Below are positions 21,693 through 30,730 of a stretch of DNA of 39,688 bases, piece after piece. The stretch is taken from contig JAZNZV010000165.1 in NCBI GenBank assembly GCA_045595105.1, positions 1-39,688 of the forward strand, read 5' to 3'. The position numbers and the translations under genes are program-made. Numbering within the stretch: the stretch's first letter is position 1; each line of letters starts with the position of its first letter. The DNA is from Eubacteriales bacterium. GTDB lineage: Bacteria; Bacillota; Clostridia; Oscillospirales; SIG627. The notes beneath the pieces are model-generated. The model was given only the letters and a program-made list of their open reading frames with translations, did not search any database and was not told where the DNA came from.

Positions 21693-24600
21693 TTAATCCC
21701 ATTGTATTGTTCCGTCCGAAAGGACAGTAAAGCCTAACTCTTTCAAGATAAGCTCCATTTCCTCACGAGAAATATCGTTTCTGTTGTTCAAGTAATCAAT
21801 AATCTCGTAATTGTAGGTATCGTCAGCGTTGTACTCGCTCTTGAAGAGGATGAGCTTTTCGCCATAATCCACATCAAGATTGTTGATATACTCAACGACC
21901 TTTGCTTTACGGCTACCGCTGATTGATTTTCCGCTTGCGTCTTTATCGGATTTGATGTCGTACAACTCGCTTGAGTATGCCTTGTAAGTCTCATAGCCAC
22001 CGACAGATTTTGCAACTGCGTACTTTTGAGGATACTCGTAAGCATAGTCGTACTCTTCCTTATTGCCCCAATAGTCCGAAGCACTAATGCCGAGACCGCT
22101 TGTTACCTTTTCCTGCTTTTCAAGCTGTTTGTCGGTTACCTTCTGCCACTCTCCGTCTTTGTTTAGACGATAGTGAAGGTCGGATATCGTGGCGTAATTT
22201 TCATCAATAGATATCGCATCACTGTCATATATGGTATATCTCGCCATAGCGTTAATCTGTTTTTGAATCTCACGCACTTGTTCGTACTTCTCGCTATCCG
22301 AAAGGTCACTATTTTGAATCTCACGCTTTTGCTTGTACAAGTCGGCAAGGTCGGCATTTACGGCATTGAACAGCTTGCTCTTGAGAATATCCTTGTCCGT
22401 TGCCTTGATTGACTTCGCATTGGTAGTCATTTCGTCTTTCATGTTGTAGAAATCAGAAATGTTTTGATTGTTCATCACGCTGTCCGTTGTAAACTTGTCT
22501 TTAAACGGAGCAATGATATTTCCAAGCGTTGAATTATCTCCTCTCTCTGCCTCGGGAGTAAGCATCGGCAATGCCACATCACCAATACCACCGCTATACT
22601 GATTGAGAAGGTAATTGATTTGATACGGGCTAAGGAAGTTCTGCTTTTCTCCAAGCCATTTGCTGATAGCATCCGTACTCTCGTCATACTGTTCTTCTTT
22701 CGGCAAGTCTTGCAATCTTGACGGAACAAGGTCTTCACCATACCAAGTCTTGTTGCTTGCCACTTGAAGGACGGGCGCAAGGATATTGTTGTCAATCGGA
22801 TTGTTTGGCGCAAGGTTAGATACCGCAAGTTCAAGGAAACTCTTTAAATCGGCTTCATCATCACCCGTTGCGACATTTGCAATCTGCTCAACGGCATTTT
22901 GAATCACCGCAACTGCTCTACCCTTTGGAATTCTAACAAACTGTCCATCTCCGTACTTTGCGACCACATAATAGTTTTCTTTTACATAGTCGGAAAGTTC
23001 ATCGTACTCCTCGTCATCATCCCAAAGGAGATTATTGAGAAGGAGCGCAGGAAGTCCTGCCATAGCAAACCTCGTAGCAAGACCAACCCAACCTTTAAGA
23101 CCATTCATCTTTGCTTCACGGATGTTTCGTGCTTGCTGAACCGTACCTTGAATAGAAGCGTTTAAGAATGTGACTCCGTTTCGGTTGAGAAGTTTTGCGA
23201 GATCGCCACCCGCAGAAAAGTTCGTTGTGACCCTTGAAGCATCGAGCATTGAAACATCAGCACTACGCCCTGCTTCTCTGCTTGCGATATACTCTGCGAG
23301 TCTCGGTGCCATTTCGATAGCGTTGTTAACTGCGCTGATTGCATCGAGAGGCATACCCAAAACTTTTCTAACAAGCGTTTTTTCTTTAAACTCACCCGTC
23401 TCGTTATCGAAATAGGTGTTCTGCTCACCGCCGTTGTCCATATACTCCGTATACCATTTGCCTTTTGTAGCCATTTCTACAAAGGCTCTCGGAAGATTGA
23501 GGTATGTTCTTGCAGGATGTTGGGAGTTAAGCAGAATGTCTTGTACATCCTTGATAGCGTTTGTTACCGCAAATACGGGATTGTACTGTGTCAGCAATCC
23601 TTTGTGGATTTTGCTTACGACACTTGCAACCTTGTTCGTGTACGCCATCTTTTCACTTTTAGGCTTTAAAGCATCGTACATTTCCTCGGTAATTTCAAAC
23701 TCAACTCTCTCGCCATTTTCAAAGACAGTAAACGTAGGATTTCTGCCGTTCTTGCCCTCTTTGAGAAGTCCGTCCTGAGAGTCAATGCTGTCAAGAATCT
23801 CGTCAATGCTTGTTTTGCTATTTGCAACAGTAGAGCCGAGAGCGTTCTTCAACTCTACACCGAAACGATTTCTCGCAACCGCCTTGAAGGTCTGTATCGT
23901 GCGCTCTGCCATTGTGTCAAACAAAGGCAAGATGTCACTACTACCGCCCGTTGCTCTCTTGACGGGAGCATTTACACCCGTTCTTCCCGTATCGAGAGGA
24001 ACGTTGATGTTAAGCCCCGAGTCACCTACTCTGTGTATCGGCACATAATGAGGATACATTTCAGCCCACAAGTCAGCCGTTTCCTGCGAGATAACGCCGT
24101 TGTCGACCATCATGTTCCGCAAGAAATTCATGTAGGCATACACATCATCGGCAAAACTCTTAAACTCAGGATTTTCCGCTTCAAGCTGACTTACCGCTTC
24201 TCGTGACACATCTGCCGTAACAGAAAAACCGAAAACAGCCTTGTTTTCTACGCCGTCATAGCGTTCCTCAAGGCTCATTCTGTCAATATTGTGTTTGTGA
24301 TACAGATATTCAAAGAATGACTTGGTTTTGCCCGTTTTCTCAACTTCCTTGCGGATAGAGTCCAAAGATTTTACTCCGTCTCTGCCTTTTTGCATAAAGC
24401 GTTGCGCCTTTTGTTCGGCATAGCGAATAGTATTCCACCTTGCTTCAAGTTCTCGGTTTTTCGTTTTCTTCGATATCCTTTCAAAGACCATGCCTTTATC
24501 AAGAACATACTCTTTGAAATAAGACCAAAGTCCACGCTTTTTCTGCTTCTTTGCATCGGGCTTTTCGGTCAACACTTCTGCAACGTTTCCACCATCGGGG

Positions 24601-27600
24601 TCGTTTGGTGGTATCATTGTCTGTTGCCCTCTAATATTGCCACCTTTGCTTGTCGTGACCTCGTGGGTCGGCAATGTCGGTGGTGTCGGTGCGGAAGGAG
24701 CTATGTCCGCTTTTGCCGTAGGTTTAACCGCATCTACTTTTGAAGGAGCAATATCCGCAGGAACGGCTCTATCACCCGCAGATTCAAGGTATCTATCAAA
24801 CTCGGTTTTGTAATACTTGTTAATCTCTTGCGATTTCAAAAGATTACGATATTTATAGTTTGGCGGTACTGTTGCTCCGTCAACCGTAGTCCAACCATCC
24901 ATAAGCATACCGTTAAGCAAAATCTCAATGCGCTTTGAACAAGCGTTGTTTTCTGCTCCGTTGTCCTCGATAATTGCGTTTAAGCCTTTTTCGATTTCAG
25001 CGTAGGTGTAATGGAAATTGTCAAGTAATCCTGCAATCTCGCTTGTTGTGAGTCGTTTTGTGCCGTGCCATCCCTCGTTGAGCCATCCGTTTTCGTCTTG
25101 CCATCTCTCACCCTTTATGCTGTTGTGAAGGTCGATAAGCATATACTGAGCGTATTCTTGGAAGAAAGGCTTTACTTCGGGATGTTCGTACATATAAGCC
25201 TTGACTTTTCTGTTTCCAACATCTTCAAGGTTTCTATCGTAAAGCGGGTCATCGGGAACATAACCATCTTCGGCTTCATCGTAGTACGGTGCTTCGGTTT
25301 CGGGTGGTGCATCCTCGTCAGTAATGCTATCGAGAAGTTCTTTCTGTTGTGCCGTTTCTTCACTCTGCATTTGCTCGATTTGCTCATTTAAAGCGTTATA
25401 CCTATTCAACATTTGCGTAAACGCTTCATAGTCACCCGTTTCGTCTGCCGTTTTTGCCATGTCATACGCTTTGCTTTCCAACTCGTCTTTTTCTCTTATC
25501 AAGTCATAGACAGTAGGCTCGGATGGGGCAATATCGGCAATAGGCAACTCTGCCGTTGTGCTTTCCTGAGTCGGTGTATCCACCTTAGAAGGTGCGACAC
25601 CGGTCTCAAGCCGTAAGTCACTTGCTGATACGCCGTGTCTGCCTAAAGGTTTGGTGTCACTCTCTTTCGACAGAGAGTATCGAATATCAGCCTTTTCGGT
25701 AGGATTCGGATTCGCAACGGATTTAATTTGATTTGACTCAAACGCAATGGCAACAGTAGAGGATGCGTATACATCCAAACCGCTTGCGTATGCGCCGTTG
25801 TCAACGATGTTCTTGAAGATAACGCCATCGTAGCCGTTTTCTTTGGCTTTTTGTGCGTAGTCTCGTGTGTTTAAGTATTTAACCGCATTTTTTCTTATGG
25901 ATTCATCGGAGAAATTATCACTTGCAATCTCGAAAAGCCCGTAAAAATCAATATCGTTCTCACCAAGTTTCTTATAAGCACTCGCAAGAGACATTGTGAA
26001 TTTGTCGGGGATATTGCTTTTTGTCGACTCTCTCAACTCGCTCCTAAACACGCCGATATCTTCCCATCCTGCCAAGTCAACGAGAGCGGATTTTTCGTCT
26101 TCGGTCAAGGAATTGTATTTGTCATATTCCTCTTGCGAAAACTCGCTTGATATCCTATCCCAACTGCGACCCTCGACATCGACCACCAACGGATTTTTAA
26201 GGTTAAGATAAACCTTGTAATTTGCACTACCCGTACCCAAGCCCGTCCAATCTCTAAACTCGTCATAGAGTCCTTTTGCGGTCTCACTTGAAGCAACCTC
26301 GTCACCATCTTCAAAGAGAGTAAACTTTCCGTCCGTTTCCGTGACTTCGTACTCGTCCATTCCGATCTCGGCAAAAAACTTGTTGAAATCGTCTGCCGTA
26401 TGGAAAGTATGTGCCGTGTAGGTCTCGCTCGTTCCGCTATAGCTCTTTGCTACTTTCGGATTATCCACGAAGAAGAAACTTGTGCCATCATCGGAAAACA
26501 ACTGTTTAAACTCGTGAAATCCTGCGTCTTGAGAGCCGTGATACATAACAGTCAAATTGCCGTTATCATCTCTCATTTTGGAGTCTTTGAAATACTTCTC
26601 CTGCCCCTCGGTGAGCTTTTTGCCCTCGCTATCGGAAGAAAGGGAATAGCGGATATCGGGATTATCCGTAGGTTTTAAATTGTCAATGTTCTTTATCTGC
26701 TCGGGATAAAAGGCAATATATACTCGATGTCTTTCTCCATCGGGATTCACTCTGCCACCGCCGATATGAGTAATTCCGTCATAGCCCATAGACTCAAGGA
26801 CGCTCATTGCCGTGTCTTTAGCTTCCCAAACGGGATATTCCTCGTAACGGAAATTCGCTACCATTGCTCTAAAAAACTGCTCGTTTGTATCACCTTCAAA
26901 GAATCGGGCATCGGGGAAAGCCTTTTTCCAAGCCTCATAATCTCCTACGGCATCCATATCCATAGGATTTTTGATGTTCAAATATGCCTCGTACACTTGC
27001 GGATTGTTGCCCTTGCCTTTGTCGGTATATGACTCTGCAATGTTTTTACTGTCAGTAAAGTACGTTCCTGCGCCAAACAGACCAAAACGTGACTCACCAA
27101 AAGTATCGAACACAGTATGACCGCCCTTTGATGTGCCGTGATACATTACTTTGAGATTTCCGTCCTCGTCTCTTACCTTGCTATCCTTGAAATACTCGCT
27201 CTGTTCTTTGGTAAGAGAATACTGTTTGCCCTCAACCTTTGCCGTGCCACTATTGCGATAAGCGTCCTCAAACGCTTTTCTCACCCTCTCAAGGTCTCTT
27301 GCTTCCTTTGTTCCTGCCGTTGCTATCTTGCAAAGATACTTGATTTCATCGTAGACCTTTTGGAACACATTTCTGTGATTTGTGGATAAGCTGTTGATAA
27401 AATCGGTGTCGTTAAAGAGATATTCGCCAACAAGGTCTGCGACAACCTCTTTCTTGATTTTCTTGAAGCCATCTACGCCCTGATATCCCTCGACATCCTT
27501 GTACAACTGTCTTGTGTCGAAAAGTCTCTGCTTGTAATCGTTCTTGTTCTTCGCATACTCAAATATCGTCTCTTGAAGCGTATCGTAAAACTCCGTACCC

Positions 27601-29393
27601 TCAAGAACGTGAGTAATCTCATGACCGACTGTAGTCTGCCATGCTTGCTTAGAGTCCATGTTAATAGCAATGCCGTCCTCGGTAACGTATCCGTTGACAG
27701 TCTTGCCACCAACCGCAAAGCCCGACTCTCTCAGCTTGGCGTTGTTCGTGAAATCAAAAGAAACACCCTTGTCTGCTGATATCTTTGCGATAATATCAAC
27801 AAACTCGTGTGTTCTTCTTGTGTTATTCAGTATTCCGCTATCAATAGCCTTTTGGACAGTACCACGATACTTTTCGTCATACTTTGAAACATCTGCGGTA
27901 AAGGTCTCGCCACGCATTGCGCTGTCTCTGTATGTCATTAAGATGCGATTGTCTTTACCCTCTTTTGCAAGGTTTATGACTTCCTCGGACAACTGCTTTT
28001 GAATGTCCCAACGCTTTGAATTGTTAAGGATGTCCTCAACGGCTGTTTTTAACTCCTCGCCCTCATACAACTCCTCAAGCTCTTTTATAGCCTCGGTCTC
28101 GCTATCAATGGTGTCCTTGTAGGTCTTGTAGGTCTCACCGCCGAGAATTTCTTCTATAGTGTCGGTAGTGATATATCCTTTTTCGATATCCTCAAGGACT
28201 TCATCGTAGATTTTTGCTTTTTCTTTCTCTGTGAGCTTCTTTCCGTCTGTTTCTTTCTCAAAGATGCGATCTTTATAGACTTTGTTTACGACAGTTTCCT
28301 CGTTTTTAGCCAAGCCCGATGTGTAGTCAACACCATTAACCTTTGACTTTACGGCATTGAAGCTACCCATACCACCGCCGAGAAGACCGCCACTCCAAAA
28401 TGCTTCAATTTTGGCATCCATAGCCTCTTCCGACCAAAGCATTTCGGTAAGTGTTTTCTCGTCTTGATAGGTGAGCCATTGACCAAAACGGCTTATATCC
28501 TCGGAGAGCCATTCTTCACCGCCCTCACCAACAAAATCCGCACCGATTTTCAAGCCGTTTCTCACAAATTTGTTTGAAATCTTTCTCGCAAGCAACTTTG
28601 TGAGACCATCGTCAAGCGTTTTGCCACCGAATTTGATACCGCCCGATATCTTTTCGGTCAGTATCTCTGCGCCTGCGGAAATAGCACCGCTTATTCCTGC
28701 CTCGCCGTATGTTGCACCCTCGTTAAAGGCTTGCTCGGTTTCACCACCAAAAGCAGTAACTCCCGATGTGACAAACCACGGCACACCGACCGCTTGCAAC
28801 ACTCCTTGACCTAACAACTGACCGCCCGATTGTATAACGGAATCCGTTTTGTCACCCATAACAGAATCTTCTTCGGGGTCTGTTAAAAGGTTAGCAATCG
28901 TTAAAGCGTTCATCTTTTTGGCAAGAGCCTTTTCGTCATACAAGTCTTTTGCGATAAAGCCCTTAACATCTTCTGCGAATTTGTCCGCACCAAACAGACC
29001 ACCCACACCGCCGACAACATATGCTCCTGCATCAACGGCTTTTTCGCCCATACCGAGAAGTCCTGCGTACAAATTATCGGCTATATCTTGAGAAGTACCC
29101 AAAATAGCTTTGCCGATACTTTTTACACTTATGCCGTCCTCAAATGCGCCCTTATCAACCCATGTGCGTTTTGTCTCGCCAAAACTACCGCTTGCACCGC
29201 CATGCTCTGTGCCCGTGCTACTGATGTGCGTGGTTGTCTGCTTTTTTACGGGAGCAATGTCTTCCTCTTCTTCGGTTTCGACCGCCGTAACCTTTCCGTC
29301 ATTGCCGACTACATAATCAGCCTTTGTCTGCTTTTTCTTTTTCTTCTTTTTGGTGGTGATGTTGCCGTTATCGTCCACATAATAGTTAGCCAT
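21693..29393 (-). CDS. Giant polyvalent virion (likely ejected/internal) protein, 2566 aa
   Basis: Single intact ORF, 19% of the genome. Gly-rich hydrophobic N-terminus. HEITH at aa 591-595 (27609-27623). Two paralogous YHG[TS]...G[TS]xxF modules (H752, H952). ADIAPS linkers. About 1000-aa C-terminal region resembling conserved regions I recall from large phage/ICE proteins (from memory, not searched). Confidence 0.7.
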   Translation of the reverse strand: MANYYVDDNGNITTKKKKKKKQTKADYVVGNDGKVTAVETEEEEDIAPVKKQTTTHISSTGTEHGGASGSFGETKRTWVDKGAFEDGISVKSIGKAILGTSQDIADNLYAGLLGMGEKAVDAGAYVVGGVGGLFGADKFAEDVKGFIAKDLYDEKALAKKMNALTIANLLTDPEEDSVMGDKTDSVIQSGGQLLGQGVLQAVGVPWFVTSGVTAFGGETEQAFNEGATYGEAGISGAISAGAEILTEKISGGIKFGGKTLDDGLTKLLARKISNKFVRNGLKIGADFVGEGGEEWLSEDISRFGQWLTYQDEKTLTEMLWSEEAMDAKIEAFWSGGLLGGGMGSFNAVKSKVNGVDYTSGLAKNEETVVNKVYKDRIFEKETDGKKLTEKEKAKIYDEVLEDIEKGYITTDTIEEILGGETYKTYKDTIDSETEAIKELEELYEGEELKTAVEDILNNSKRWDIQKQLSEEVINLAKEGKDNRILMTYRDSAMRGETFTADVSKYDEKYRGTVQKAIDSGILNNTRRTHEFVDIIAKISADKGVSFDFTNNAKLRESGFAVGGKTVNGYVTEDGIAINMDSKQAWQTTVGHEITHVLEGTEFYDTLQETIFEYAKNKNDYKQRLFDTRQLYKDVEGYQGVDGFKKIKKEVVADLVGEYLFNDTDFINSLSTNHRNVFQKVYDEIKYLCKIATAGTKEARDLERVRKAFEDAYRNSGTAKVEGKQYSLTKEQSEYFKDSKVRDEDGNLKVMYHGTSKGGHTVFDTFGESRFGLFGAGTYFTDSKNIAESYTDKGKGNNPQVYEAYLNIKNPMDMDAVGDYEAWKKAFPDARFFEGDTNEQFFRAMVANFRYEEYPVWEAKDTAMSVLESMGYDGITHIGGGRVNPDGERHRVYIAFYPEQIKNIDNLKPTDNPDIRYSLSSDSEGKKLTEGQEKYFKDSKMRDDNGNLTVMYHGSQDAGFHEFKQLFSDDGTSFFFVDNPKVAKSYSGTSETYTAHTFHTADDFNKFFAEIGMDEYEVTETDGKFTLFEDGDEVASSETAKGLYDEFRDWTGLGTGSANYKVYLNLKNPLVVDVEGRSWDRISSEFSQEEYDKYNSLTEDEKSALVDLAGWEDIGVFRSELRESTKSNIPDKFTMSLASAYKKLGENDIDFYGLFEIASDNFSDESIRKNAVKYLNTRDYAQKAKENGYDGVIFKNIVDNGAYASGLDVYASSTVAIAFESNQIKSVANPNPTEKADIRYSLSKESDTKPLGRHGVSASDLRLETGVAPSKVDTPTQESTTAELPIADIAPSEPTVYDLIREKDELESKAYDMAKTADETGDYEAFTQMLNRYNALNEQIEQMQSEETAQQKELLDSITDEDAPPETEAPYYDEAEDGYVPDDPLYDRNLEDVGNRKVKAYMYEHPEVKPFFQEYAQYMLIDLHNSIKGERWQDENGWLNEGWHGTKRLTTSEIAGLLDNFHYTYAEIEKGLNAIIEDNGAENNACSKRIEILLNGMLMDGWTTVDGATVPPNYKYRNLLKSQEINKYYKTEFDRYLESAGDRAVPADIAPSKVDAVKPTAKADIAPSAPTPPTLPTHEVTTSKGGNIRGQQTMIPPNDPDGGNVAEVLTEKPDAKKQKKRGLWSYFKEYVLDKGMVFERISKKTKNRELEARWNTIRYAEQKAQRFMQKGRDGVKSLDSIRKEVEKTGKTKSFFEYLYHKHNIDRMSLEERYDGVENKAVFGFSVTADVSREAVSQLEAENPEFKSFADDVYAYMNFLRNMMVDNGVISQETADLWAEMYPHYVPIHRVGDSGLNINVPLDTGRTGVNAPVKRATGGSSDILPLFDTMAERTIQTFKAVARNRFGVELKNALGSTVANSKTSIDEILDSIDSQDGLLKEGKNGRNPTFTVFENGERVEFEITEEMYDALKPKSEKMAYTNKVASVVSKIHKGLLTQYNPVFAVTNAIKDVQDILLNSQHPARTYLNLPRAFVEMATKGKWYTEYMDNGGEQNTYFDNETGEFKEKTLVRKVLGMPLDAISAVNNAIEMAPRLAEYIASREAGRSADVSMLDASRVTTNFSAGGDLAKLLNRNGVTFLNASIQGTVQQARNIREAKMNGLKGWVGLATRFAMAGLPALLLNNLLWDDDEEYDELSDYVKENYYVVAKYGDGQFVRIPKGRAVAVIQNAVEQIANVATGDDEADLKSFLELAVSNLAPNNPIDNNILAPVLQVASNKTWYGEDLVPSRLQDLPKEEQYDESTDAISKWLGEKQNFLSPYQINYLLNQYSGGIGDVALPMLTPEAERGDNSTLGNIIAPFKDKFTTDSVMNNQNISDFYNMKDEMTTNAKSIKATDKDILKSKLFNAVNADLADLYKQKREIQNSDLSDSEKYEQVREIQKQINAMARYTIYDSDAISIDENYATISDLHYRLNKDGEWQKVTDKQLEKQEKVTSGLGISASDYWGNKEEYDYAYEYPQKYAVAKSVGGYETYKAYSSELYDIKSDKDASGKSISGSRKAKVVEYINNLDVDYGEKLILFKSEYNADDTYNYEIIDYLNNRNDISREEMELILKELGFTVLSDGTIQWD

Positions 29394-29405
29394 GTTTACA
29401 CCGCC

Positions 29406-30716
29406 TTACTTTATCTGTATGTACTTGTTCTGTCTGCCTTCCCAATACCACTTTGTTCCGTCTTTTGCTTTCCATACGTTCTGTATTACGGTCTGCTTCT
29501 GTCCCGACAAAGTTTGCGTTTTAATCTGTATCGTCTCGCCCGACTTAGAAAGAGTTCCGTGACCGCTTATGCCCTTCGGCTGATAGCCGTTGGAGAATGT
29601 GCCGTACTTGGAACAATCCTTGTTTTTGGAGCCTTGATAGTATGCCGTGTTGACCGCATATGTTTTTGTGGTATTGCCAAACAACTTGCTTTTGTAGGAC
29701 GAACCGCTTGACGATGACTTGCTACCGCCACCACCGCCACTGCTGAATGTAACAGTTTTAGCCTTGTTTGCTTCGTCAAACTGCCGTTTTTCTTCTGCCA
29801 ACTGCTGACGCTTCAATTCCTGCTCTGCCTCAAACATTGCGAGATCCTGCTTGCGCTGTTTCTTCTGCTCCTCAAGTTTCGCAATTTCAAGAGCGTTCTC
29901 TTTTGCGTCCTTTGCCTTGAGCCTTTTAATCTCTTCGTCAAACTGTCTAATGCTCTCCTTGTACTGCTTAACTTCAAGGTCATAATTCTTATTAAACTGT
30001 CTAACGCTTTCGTTATATTCTTTAAGCTGAAGCGCATGGTTTTGATTGTACTGTCTAATCTCCTCGGCAAGAGCGTTCTCGGTATTGATTTGGTCGAGTA
30101 CATCTTGATAACGAGCGTAATATCTGTCCTCGGTCTCGGTTTTCTTGTTGGATTTTTCAAGGATAAGCTGATTCTTGTACTGAAATCCTTGCAAGGACAA
30201 TTCAAGCTGTTGCTGAAGCGCATTGTAGGCAATTTCCGCAAGCACGCTATTGTTCTGCAACCTTGCGTCCTTAATAGCGTTTTCGTAACTCAAAACCGCC
30301 TTGCTGAATACCTCTCTTGCCGTTGACACTCGGTTTTGATAGGTGTTGAACATACTGACTTGAGAGCTTTCGCTATATCCCGTACCCGTCAAGCCTTGAG
30401 AAGCCATCTGTTCAGCGTTTGCGCTGTACTGTCCGCTTTGCTTCTGCCAATCAACGTATGCGCCCGATTGCTCTTTCAAGTAATCCTTGTGCGCTTGTTC
30501 CTTTTCCTGCTCTATCTTCTCAATAGTAAAATCGGTCTGCTCCTGCTGTAACTGTGTCTGCTTGTCCGCCCAAGCCTTTGAAGCATCAATTTGAGCCTGA
30601 TAATACTTATCCGACTCGTTAATCATGCCACCATATGTCTGTTCGACTTCGTTTAGGGCTTCTTTTTTGTCCTCTTCGATAGCCTTGAAGCGTTCATCGT
30701 TGTAATTGACCGCCAT
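29406..30716 (-). CDS. Coiled-coil virion protein with a Gly/Ser linker and C-terminal beta-rich domain
   Basis: 436 aa. Long Q/E/K heptad region, SSGGGGGSKSSSSGSS, C-terminus YGTFSNGYQPKGI...WKAKDGTKWYWEG. Confidence 0.5.
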   Translation of the reverse strand: MAVNYNDERFKAIEEDKKEALNEVEQTYGGMINESDKYYQAQIDASKAWADKQTQLQQEQTDFTIEKIEQEKEQAHKDYLKEQSGAYVDWQKQSGQYSANAEQMASQGLTGTGYSESSQVSMFNTYQNRVSTAREVFSKAVLSYENAIKDARLQNNSVLAEIAYNALQQQLELSLQGFQYKNQLILEKSNKKTETEDRYYARYQDVLDQINTENALAEEIRQYNQNHALQLKEYNESVRQFNKNYDLEVKQYKESIRQFDEEIKRLKAKDAKENALEIAKLEEQKKQRKQDLAMFEAEQELKRQQLAEEKRQFDEANKAKTVTFSSGGGGGSKSSSSGSSYKSKLFGNTTKTYAVNTAYYQGSKNKDCSKYGTFSNGYQPKGISGHGTLSKSGETIQIKTQTLSGQKQTVIQNVWKAKDGTKWYWEGRQNKYIQIK

Positions 30717-30730
30717 CTATACCTCACCTC

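Noticed and set aside
29331-29360. Lys-run (KKKKKKK) near the N-terminus of the giant gene as a slippage or phase-variation tract
   Set aside because: The DNA is mixed AAA/AAG codons with no homopolymer longer than 5 nt, so slippage is unlikely.
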